NCBI GenBank assembly: GCA_035718185.1
Contig: DASTHN010000054.1
Coordinates: forward strand, 1 to 54,849
From: Actinomycetota bacterium
GTDB lineage: Bacteria > Actinomycetota > UBA4738 > HRBIN12
Reading direction: 5' to 3'
Length of the DNA: 54,849 nt
The position numbers were made by a program, and so were the translations under genes. Of this stretch, positions 7,511 through 14,983 are shown piece after piece (position 1 is the stretch's first letter; each line of letters begins with the position of its first letter). A model generated the notes under the pieces. The model was not told where the DNA came from, did no database searches, and saw only the letters and a list, made by a program, of their open reading frames with translations.

Positions 7511-9196
7511 GTGGACACGAGAGGTGGATCCGAGGGCACCACGCTCCGACTGCCCCCGCCGCCCGACGCGCTGGGGCACCGGCGGCGCCCGTCCGGCGAG
7601 GCGCCCCCGCTCCCCCACGAGCTCGGCCGCACGGGGAGGATCTGGCTCCTGCTCGCCCTCTACCTGGCGATCGCGATCACGATCGCGATGTCGTACGGCC
7701 CGCTCCGGCGAGCCGCGGAGGCCTTCGACACCGCCCTGTTGCGCTTCTTCGCCGAGCTGCGGACACCGTGGCTCACGGACCTGGCGCTCGTCGTCAACGC
7801 GCTCGCATCCCGATGGACCATCCGGATCCTCCGATGGGTGACGATCGGGATACTGGTGGCCTTCCGTCGATGGCGGCACCTCGTGGTCTTCCTCGGCGCG
7901 GTCGTGAGCGTCGAGATCATCGCGTACCAGCTCTCGCTCGCGATCGCGCGCCCCCGGAGCTTCGACGTTCGGATCATCACGGACTGGAACGGCTTCGCGA
8001 TGCCGTCTCGCCCGGTGGTCTCGATCGCCATCACGATGATCGCTATCGCGTACACGCTGATCGTCCCCGGACGCTCCCGGTACCTAGCGAAGTGGGCGAT
8101 CGCGGGCGTGCTCGGGCTGCTCTGGCTCACGCGCATGTACCTGGGGGTCGACCAGCCATCGAGCCTGCTGTTCGGGGCCGTGCTCGGGGTGGCGCTCGGC
8201 GTGACCGCGTTCCGCTGGTTCGCCCCGAACGACGTGTTCCCGGTCTCCTACCGACGAGGCAAGGCGGCGCACCTGGACGTCGGCGGTCGACGAGGCGAGG
8301 CGATCGTCCGGGCCGTCCGCGACCAGCTCGGGCTCGAGGTGGCCCAGGTCAAGCCGGTGGGGCTCGAGGGCTCGGGCGGTTCCACGCCGCTGCGCCTGCG
8401 TGTCCGCGGGGAGGACGGCACCGAGCACTCCGTCTTCGCGAAGCTCTACGCGAGGAGCCACGTCCGCGCGGACCGCTGGTACAAGGCCGGGCGGACGATC
8501 CTGTACGGCGCCCTGGAGGACGAGGCGCCCTTCCACGGCGTCCGGCGCTTCGTCGAGTACGAGGACTACACGCTCCGCCTGCTCGAGGACTACGACCTGC
8601 CGACGCCGGAGCCGTACGGCATCGTCGAGATCACGCCGGAGCGCGAGTACCTGATCGTGATGGAGTTCTTCGACGGCGCGGTCGAGCTCGGCGACGCCGA
8701 GATCGACGAGCAGGTCGTGGACGAAGGGTTGCGACTCGTCCGGAACCTGTGGGACGCGGGGCTCGCGCATCGGGACGTGAAGCCCGCGAACCTCATGGTC
8801 CAGGACGGCCATCTCCGGCTCATCGACGTGTTCTTCGTCCAGGTCCGGCCATCGCCGTGGCGTCAGGCCGTGGACCTCGCGAACATGATGCTCGTCCTGG
8901 CGCTCCGCTCGGACGCACCGACCGTCTACCGGCGGGCGCTCGCGTACTTCACCGAGGATGAGATCGCGGAGGCGTTCGCCGCCACCCGAGGGGTCGCGAG
9001 CCCCACGCAACTTCGGACCAGCTTGAAGCGAGACGGCCGTGACCTCCTGGGCGAGTTCCGCGCGCTCGCGCCCGCCCGGCCGCCCATCCGGATCCAACGA
9101 TGGAGCCTGCGTCGGATCGTGCTCACGATCGGCGTCGCCATCGCCGCGTTCTTCGCGGTCGGGATGGTCATCAGCAACTGGACGGTGTTCGCATGA
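7511..9196 (+). CDS. Membrane protein: degenerate PAP2-like TM domain fused to a protein-kinase-like (RIO/Kdo/Hanks-like) domain, plus a C-terminal TM helix
   Basis: PAP2 remnants ARPRS / MPSRP / TRMYLGVDQPSS. Kinase motifs GLEGSGGS, FAKLY, EYEDY, VMEF, HRDVKPAN, LIDVF. SD GGAGGA before the GTG. Confidence 0.8.
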   Translation: MDTRGGSEGTTLRLPPPPDALGHRRRPSGEAPPLPHELGRTGRIWLLLALYLAIAITIAMSYGPLRRAAEAFDTALLRFFAELRTPWLTDLALVVNALASRWTIRILRWVTIGILVAFRRWRHLVVFLGAVVSVEIIAYQLSLAIARPRSFDVRIITDWNGFAMPSRPVVSIAITMIAIAYTLIVPGRSRYLAKWAIAGVLGLLWLTRMYLGVDQPSSLLFGAVLGVALGVTAFRWFAPNDVFPVSYRRGKAAHLDVGGRRGEAIVRAVRDQLGLEVAQVKPVGLEGSGGSTPLRLRVRGEDGTEHSVFAKLYARSHVRADRWYKAGRTILYGALEDEAPFHGVRRFVEYEDYTLRLLEDYDLPTPEPYGIVEITPEREYLIVMEFFDGAVELGDAEIDEQVVDEGLRLVRNLWDAGLAHRDVKPANLMVQDGHLRLIDVFFVQVRPSPWRQAVDLANMMLVLALRSDAPTVYRRALAYFTEDEIAEAFAATRGVASPTQLRTSLKRDGRDLLGEFRALAPARPPIRIQRWSLRRIVLTIGVAIAAFFAVGMVISNWTVFA

Positions 9197-9762
9197 GGGC
9201 ACGCGGCGTGCTCGTCCTCCTGGTGGTCCTGGCGGCGCTCCAGCCGGCCTGCGCGACCAGCACGAGCGCGATCCTCTCGTGTCGGCTGAACGAGCAGAGC
9301 CTCATCCTCACGGCGCAGGCGGTGCCGTCGGCCGCGCTCGTGCCCTGCGTCGCGGAGCTCCCCGCCGGGTGGTCGTACGCGGGCACGGACATCCGGAGCG
9401 GGCGGGCCCGGTTCTGGCTCGACTCCGACCGCGGCGGCCTCCACGCCGTCGAGGTCGAGCTGACGCGCTCGTGCGATACCTCGAAGGCCGTCGAGGTGCG
9501 GCCGGCCCCGGACGAGAGCGGCGCCCGCGTCTACGCCGAGCCGATCTCGCTCGAGCCGGCGCTCTGGGCGAACCGATACGTCGTGTTCTCCGGCGGCTGC
9601 ACGACGTACCGCTACCGGTTCGTGCCCGACGCCCCGTCGACGCTCTCCCTGGAGGCGGAGGAGGCGTTGGGGTTCTTCCCTCGCTCGGCGCTCGTCCAGG
9701 ATGTGCAGGACCGGTTCGGTCTCACGCTCTGCGGGGCGGGGGCGCCCCCGTGTGAAGGGTAG
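9193..9762 (+). CDS. Cys-rich lipoprotein of unknown function (189 aa)
   Basis: ATGA overlap with the kinase stop; MRAR + hydrophobic core + LQPAC lipobox-like site; six further Cys. Confidence 0.75.
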   Translation: MRARGVLVLLVVLAALQPACATSTSAILSCRLNEQSLILTAQAVPSAALVPCVAELPAGWSYAGTDIRSGRARFWLDSDRGGLHAVEVELTRSCDTSKAVEVRPAPDESGARVYAEPISLEPALWANRYVVFSGGCTTYRYRFVPDAPSTLSLEAEEALGFFPRSALVQDVQDRFGLTLCGAGAPPCEG

Positions 9763-9773
9763 GCTGGCCCCCC

Positions 9774-10466
9774 GTGCTGAGGAACCATCGCCGCTCCTTC
9801 CTCCACGCCATCGCGCTCCTCGGAGCGATGGCCGCCGTCTTCTACGCGGTCGGCGTCCATCCCCCGACCGCTGCCCCGCGGACGACCGTGCCCTTCGTCG
9901 GCGAGATCGACAAGATCGTCTACGAGTCGATGGACGACATCCGGAACCTGGTCCTGAGCGGTCTCGCCAGGGCGCTCAACGTCCTCGGCGGAGGTTGGGT
10001 CACGATCCCGCTCCGGATCCTGGTCGCCGGATGGCTGGCGCTGCGCCGCAGGTGGCGGGCGTTCGCCGTCTGGGTGCTCACGTGGGCGACGGCGGAGACC
10101 ATCGTCGAGGTGGCGAAGACCTTCTTCCACCGAGGCCGGCCGGACCTCCCACTCGTCGACACCGTCGGCTATTCCTTCCCCTCCGGCCACGCCGTGGCCG
10201 GAGCCTCGATCGCGGTCGCGCTGGTGCTCGTGCTCTTCCCCGCGGGGCCCGAGCGCCGGCGCTGGGAGTGGCTCGCGGTCGCGTTCGCGTTCGTGATGGC
10301 GTTCTCCCGGGTGTACCTGCGTGCGCACTGGCTCTCGGACGTCGTCGCGGGGGTCCTGCTCGGGAGCGGCGTCGCCCTGGGGATCGCGGCGACCGTCTCC
10401 GAGATCCGATACCACGTCCTCCGCCGGTGGTGGCCGACCCCCGAACCCGAGCCCGAACGCAGCTGA
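9774..10466 (+). CDS. PAP2 family membrane lipid-phosphate phosphatase
   Basis: All three motifs intact: KTFFHRGRP, FPSGH, SRVYLRAHWLSD. Confidence 0.92.
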   Translation: MLRNHRRSFLHAIALLGAMAAVFYAVGVHPPTAAPRTTVPFVGEIDKIVYESMDDIRNLVLSGLARALNVLGGGWVTIPLRILVAGWLALRRRWRAFAVWVLTWATAETIVEVAKTFFHRGRPDLPLVDTVGYSFPSGHAVAGASIAVALVLVLFPAGPERRRWEWLAVAFAFVMAFSRVYLRAHWLSDVVAGVLLGSGVALGIAATVSEIRYHVLRRWWPTPEPEPERS

Positions 10467-10469
10467 GGC

Positions 10470-11555
10470 TCACTCGCCGACGACGGGGACGCTCAGCGCA
10501 TCCCGCGGGGCGGGCGCTCGCCGCCAGCTCCGCTTGAGGCGCCAGATGACGTACGTGAACGCGCCGAGCGGGATCTGCACCCCGTACGTGAGGGCGCGGA
10601 AGAGCAGCACCGCGGCGACCACCTGTGCCTCGTTGCCGCCCGCCGCGACCAGCCCGCCGATGTACCCGAGCTCCACCACGCCGAGCCCCCCGGGCGTGAT
10701 GGGCAGGGCCGCGATCAAGCGGCCGAAGGCGAACACCGCGAGGACCTGCGCCCAGCTCACCTCCTCCTCCGAGATCCCCACGTTCCTGAGCGACAGCAGC
10801 AGCACGAAGTACAGGGCCAGCTGACTGAGGACCGTCGTGAACGTGAGCCACGGCCATCGGCGCGCGACGAGCTGGATCGTCTGCTTGCGGAACCGGACCG
10901 CCGCCTCCCCCCAGCCGGACACCGGCGGTCGACGCACGATGCGCAGGAACCACGAGGCCGCGGCGCCCAGACCGTCGCCGATCCGCCGGGCGAAGGCCTT
11001 CTTCCACAGGATCAACCCGAACAGCGAGACCGCGACGAGGAGGACCACCACGCCGACCATCGCCGCGACGACCAACACGCTCGTGAGCTCCCCCGTGATC
11101 GCGAGGAGGCCGAGCGAGACGATCGGCAGACCCAGCTTCATGAACACGTTCCAGATGCCGGTCACGAGGACGTAGAGCGAGATCGCGGACGCCGTGAAGC
11201 CCCACGAGCCGAGGATCTGGTACGTGAGCCCGACGGCGATCGCGCCGCCGGCGGGGATCGTGTTCGCCACCGAGGTCGTCGTCTGCGTCACCACCGCTGC
11301 CTGCCCCAGCCGGAGCCCGGGCAACGCGGCCATGTTCGCGAGCCAATACGTGAACAGGTTGAAGACCGTTGCGGCCACCAGCGACCAGAGCTCGAGCGGG
11401 GTCAGATCCTGCAGGGTGCGCCAGACGTCGTGGTAGTCGGCGATGCGCGGGATCGCGAACCAGAAGATGCCGACCACCAGCGCCAGCGACACCACGGCCT
11501 GGACGACGCGTTTCATCGTCGAGCGCCGCGCTCGAGGCGGGGCGGCCTCGCTCAC
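10470..11555 (-). CDS. UPF0104 / lysylphosphatidylglycerol-synthase TM (flippase-like) membrane protein
   Basis: About 8 TM segments; ANTIPAGG, LPITPGGLGVVE, AVLLFRALTY. GTGA overlap with the ppk2 stop. Confidence 0.85.
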   Translation of the reverse strand: MSEAAPPRARRSTMKRVVQAVVSLALVVGIFWFAIPRIADYHDVWRTLQDLTPLELWSLVAATVFNLFTYWLANMAALPGLRLGQAAVVTQTTTSVANTIPAGGAIAVGLTYQILGSWGFTASAISLYVLVTGIWNVFMKLGLPIVSLGLLAITGELTSVLVVAAMVGVVVLLVAVSLFGLILWKKAFARRIGDGLGAAASWFLRIVRRPPVSGWGEAAVRFRKQTIQLVARRWPWLTFTTVLSQLALYFVLLLSLRNVGISEEEVSWAQVLAVFAFGRLIAALPITPGGLGVVELGYIGGLVAAGGNEAQVVAAVLLFRALTYGVQIPLGAFTYVIWRLKRSWRRAPAPRDALSVPVVGE

Positions 11556-12469
11556 CCGACCAGCGATGCCGCGTGGTCCGGCACGTATGCGGAGGCCTCG
11601 CGCGGGGGGCGGACGTACCCCTCGTCGCTCTGGCGCGGCGGGATCTCGATGTCGGCCTCGGGGCGGGCCTCGTACGGGATCTGCGACAGCAGGTGCGCGA
11701 TGCAGTTCAGCCGCGCGCTCGGCTTGTCGTCAGCCTCGACCGTGTACCAGGGCGCCTCGGGGATGTCCGTGAAGACGAACATCTCGTCCTTCGCGCGCGA
11801 GTAGTCGACCCACCGGCTCCGCGAATGCAGGTCGGTCGGCGACAGCTTCCAGCGGCGCATCGGATCATTGATCCGCGATTGGAACCGCCGCTCCTGCTCC
11901 TCGTCGGAGACCGAGAACCAGTACTTGATGAGGATGATGCCCTCCTCGACGAGCAGCCGCTCGAAGATCGGGCACTGCCGCAGGAACCGGCGGTGCTCCT
12001 CCGGCGTGCAGAAGCCGAGGACCTTCTCCACGCCGGCGCGGTTGTACCAGGAGCGGTCGAACAGTGCGATCTCGCCCGCTGCCGGGAGATGCTGGATGTA
12101 GCGTTGGAAGTACCACTGCGAGCGCTCGCGCTCGGTCGGGACCGGCAGCGCGACGATACGCGTGATCCTTGGGTTCATGTACTGCGTGATCCGCTTGATG
12201 GTCCCGCCCTTCCCGGCGGCGTCCCGGCCCTCGAAGATCACGACGAGCCGCGCGCCGACGTCGGCGACCCACTGCTCCATCTTCGCGAGCTCTTCCTGCA
12301 GTCGGCGCAGCTCCTTCTCGTAGACCTTCTTCGGCAGTCGCGTCCGGTGATCCTCGATGTCCGAGTGCTTCGGGTGCTTCTTCGGCTCGCGTCCCTGCTC
12401 GGTCTTCACGACGGACCTCCCCACCACGTCCCCTGGCGGCATCTTCGCATGCGAACGGGGAGCGCTCAT
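11552..12469 (-). CDS. ppk2: Polyphosphate kinase 2 (single domain)
   Basis: FEGRDAAGKGG (Walker A), FDRSWYNRAGVEKV, KYWFSVS, WKLSP. Start taken at the ATGA overlap with truB (alternative ATG at 12442). Confidence 0.95.
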   Translation of the reverse strand: MSAPRSHAKMPPGDVVGRSVVKTEQGREPKKHPKHSDIEDHRTRLPKKVYEKELRRLQEELAKMEQWVADVGARLVVIFEGRDAAGKGGTIKRITQYMNPRITRIVALPVPTERERSQWYFQRYIQHLPAAGEIALFDRSWYNRAGVEKVLGFCTPEEHRRFLRQCPIFERLLVEEGIILIKYWFSVSDEEQERRFQSRINDPMRRWKLSPTDLHSRSRWVDYSRAKDEMFVFTDIPEAPWYTVEADDKPSARLNCIAHLLSQIPYEARPEADIEIPPRQSDEGYVRPPREASAYVPDHAASLVG

Positions 12470-13341
12470 CCGGGCGCGAGCACCATCTGCGGCTTCGCCT
12501 TCGCGCCCACGTCCCGCCAGATGCCGATCAGCCGCCCGTCGGGCGCATGGACCGCGTAGGGCCCATCGATCCCGGCCGGGGCCAGGATGCTGCCGTTCGC
12601 CGCGGCGCGGGCCTCGTCGGGCTCCTCGAGGACCACCCGGGGCAGGTGCGCCACGGCCCGCTCGAGGGGCATCGGCGCACCCGGGTCCCTCGGCGGCGCG
12701 GCGTGCGCCACGCGGAACGGACCGATCGCGGTTCGCCGCAGCCGAGACAGGTGCGCGCCGCAGCCGAGCGCCGTCCCGAGGTCGGCCACCAGGACTCGGA
12801 CGTAGGTCCCGCCCGAGCACATGACGACGAACCCGAACGTCGGGCCGTCGAGGTCGACGATCCGGAAGGCGTCGACGCGGATCGGTCTGGGCGCAGCCTC
12901 GAGCGTCTCGCCGCGGCGCGCCGCCTCGTAGAGCTTGCGCCCCCCGACCTTCACCGCGGAGAACGCGGGAGGGCGCTGGAGGGACTCGCCGACGAGCGCC
13001 GTCGCCGCGGCCTCGAGCTGCTCGCGGGTGACACTGACCGGCGAGGTGTGCGTGACCTCGCCGGCGGAGTCGAGCGTCGTCGTCTCGACCCCGAGCACGC
13101 CGGTGCCTTCGTAGGTCTTCGGCAGGTCGCCGAGGAACCGCAGCAGACGGGTCGCCCGCCCGACCCCCACGAGCAGCAGTCCGGTGGCCATCGGGTCGAG
13201 CGTCCCCGCGTGCCCCACCTTCCGGGTGCCGAGCGCCCGGCGGACCGCGTCCACGACGTCGTGCGAGGTCACGCCCTGCGGCTTGTCGACGAGCAGCAGC
13301 CCCTCCGGTCCCGTGCGCCGAGGCTCGCCCACGAGGGTCAT
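12466..13341 (-). CDS. truB: tRNA pseudouridine(55) synthase
   Basis: DKPQGVTSHD, KVGHAGTLDPMATG, PPAFSAVKVGG, CSGGTYVR. Confidence 0.98.
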   Translation of the reverse strand: MTLVGEPRRTGPEGLLLVDKPQGVTSHDVVDAVRRALGTRKVGHAGTLDPMATGLLLVGVGRATRLLRFLGDLPKTYEGTGVLGVETTTLDSAGEVTHTSPVSVTREQLEAAATALVGESLQRPPAFSAVKVGGRKLYEAARRGETLEAAPRPIRVDAFRIVDLDGPTFGFVVMCSGGTYVRVLVADLGTALGCGAHLSRLRRTAIGPFRVAHAAPPRDPGAPMPLERAVAHLPRVVLEEPDEARAAANGSILAPAGIDGPYAVHAPDGRLIGIWRDVGAKAKPQMVLAPG

Positions 13342-14318
13342 GGCTCGGTCGGCGCACCCCGCAGCGACGCCTTCAGCAGCTCGACCGTCCCGGCGAGCCC
13401 GTGCGGGGACGTGTAGCCAGCCGCGAGGCGGTGGCCGCCGCCGCCGAACGCCTGGGCTACTTTCGCGACGTCGTGCGTCCCCCGCGATCGCATGCTTACC
13501 TTGAACCGTCCATCGCGCTGCTGCTTGATCACCGCCGCGACGTCGGCATCGCGTGCCGTCCGGACGACGTCGATCAGGTCGTCCGCCTCGGCGGGCCGTA
13601 CGTCGGCGTTCGCGAGGTCGTCGAGCGTGAGGTACGTCCACACCAGGTCGGCCTCGGTGTCGAGCTCCACCCGGCCGAGCGCGACGGCGAGCGCTCGCAG
13701 GTACGCCGCGCGGTTGTCCTCGTACAGGACGCGCGCCATGTGCGCGTGGTCGAAGGGGTGCTCGCGCAGTTCGGCAGCCACGCGCAGGGTCTCGGGACGG
13801 ACGGCCTGGTACTGGAACCGACCCGTGTCGGTGACGAGACCCGCATACAGGCACATCGCGGCCTCGTCCGGCAGGTCGCCGCCGATCCGGCGACTCAGCC
13901 GGAACACGATCTCGCACGTCGAGGACGCCTCCGGGTCCACGAGCGGGATCGTGCCGAGGCCGTCGTTGCTCCGGTGGTGGTCGATCCAGATCACCTCGCC
14001 CGCTCGGCCGGCGTTGTGCGCGAGCGACGCGAGCCGGTCCATCGAGGCGACGTCGCACGTCACCATCACGGTTGGGGCCTCCGGGAAGGCCCTCGGCGCG
14101 ACGAGCGCATCGCGGCCGGGCAGCTCCTCGGCCCAGCGGGGCAGCTCGAACGGCTCGTTCGGGAACGAGCACACGGTCCTCGCGCCGCGGGAGCGCAGGA
14201 ACACCGAGAGACCCAGCGTCGCGCCGAGGGCGTCGGCGTCCGGGTTCACGTGGCACGCGATCGCGACCTCGTCCGCCGAGGCGAGCACCTCGGACGCGCG
14301 CTCGAGCCGGTACGTCAC
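13338..14318 (-). CDS. nrnA: DHH/DHHA1 phosphoesterase (NrnA-like nanoRNase / pAp phosphatase)
   Basis: HVNPDAD, CD, IDHH, TDTGRF, GGGGHRLAAG; usual position between rbfA and truB. Confidence 0.9.
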   Translation of the reverse strand: MTYRLERASEVLASADEVAIACHVNPDADALGATLGLSVFLRSRGARTVCSFPNEPFELPRWAEELPGRDALVAPRAFPEAPTVMVTCDVASMDRLASLAHNAGRAGEVIWIDHHRSNDGLGTIPLVDPEASSTCEIVFRLSRRIGGDLPDEAAMCLYAGLVTDTGRFQYQAVRPETLRVAAELREHPFDHAHMARVLYEDNRAAYLRALAVALGRVELDTEADLVWTYLTLDDLANADVRPAEADDLIDVVRTARDADVAAVIKQQRDGRFKVSMRSRGTHDVAKVAQAFGGGGHRLAAGYTSPHGLAGTVELLKASLRGAPTEP

Positions 14319-14665
14319 CGGTCCCCCTCGTGCAGCTGTTGGATGAGGCGCTCGATCCGCTCGGCCGTCCGGAGGGTCTCGTCCTCCTCGAACTCGAGGT
14401 CCGGCAGCGTCTTCATCCGCACCTGGTGCCCGATGACCTGCCGCAGGTGCGCCGTCGCCGAGCGCAGCCCGGCGGCCGTCGCCCGCCGGTCGCGATCGTC
14501 GCCCAGCGCCGTGTAGAACACGATCGCGCGGCGCAGATCGGGCGTCACCTTGACGCCCGTCACCGTCACGAAGCCGACGCGCGGGTCTTTCAGCCTCGGG
14601 ATCTCCTCGGCCAGGATCTCGCGGAACTCCTCCTGGACGCGGCTCGGTCGGGTGCCCTCCGTCAT
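14315..14665 (-). CDS. rbfA: 30S ribosome-binding factor A
   Basis: KDPRVGFVTVTGVKVTPDLR, PDLEF. Start could also be 14674. Confidence 0.96.
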   Translation of the reverse strand: MTEGTRPSRVQEEFREILAEEIPRLKDPRVGFVTVTGVKVTPDLRRAIVFYTALGDDRDRRATAAGLRSATAHLRQVIGHQVRMKTLPDLEFEEDETLRTAERIERLIQQLHEGDR

Positions 14666-14666
14666 G

Positions 14667-14963
14667 TCACTCATCGTCCGGGTCGTGGAGCGAAACATCG
14701 GCGTCGATCACGTCGACCTCTCCCCAGCGACCGACCAGCTTCTCCACCTCGTGCAACACCCGCTTGGCGTGATATCCATCGGTGGCGACCACCGACACAC
14801 CGAGGGTGGTCCGCTGCCACAGGTCGTGGTGGTCCACCTCCGCGACCGAGACGTTGAACTTCTGACGGATCGCGGCGGTCAGCGCCTTCACGACGTGGCG
14901 CTTCTGCTTGAGCGAGCCGCATGCCGGGATGCGAAGATCGAACCGTTCGACCGCGACGAGCAT
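14667..14963 (-). CDS. DUF503 (YlxP-like) protein
   Basis: [23 protein letters not shown]; conserved position between infB and rbfA. Confidence 0.93.
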   Translation of the reverse strand: MLVAVERFDLRIPACGSLKQKRHVVKALTAAIRQKFNVSVAEVDHHDLWQRTTLGVSVVATDGYHAKRVLHEVEKLVGRWGEVDVIDADVSLHDPDDE

Positions 14964-14983
14964 CCGCGCCCCCGTCGTCCGGG

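Noticed and set aside
9190-9200. Selenocysteine read-through or programmed frameshift joining the kinase and the lipoprotein
   Set aside because: Different frames, no slippery heptamer or SECIS-like hairpin seen, and the downstream gene has its own signal peptide; ordinary ATGA coupling explains it.
6566-12469. Island as a mobile element
   Set aside because: No transposase, integrase or terminal repeats; GC and codon style match the backbone, and part of it is translationally coupled to truB.
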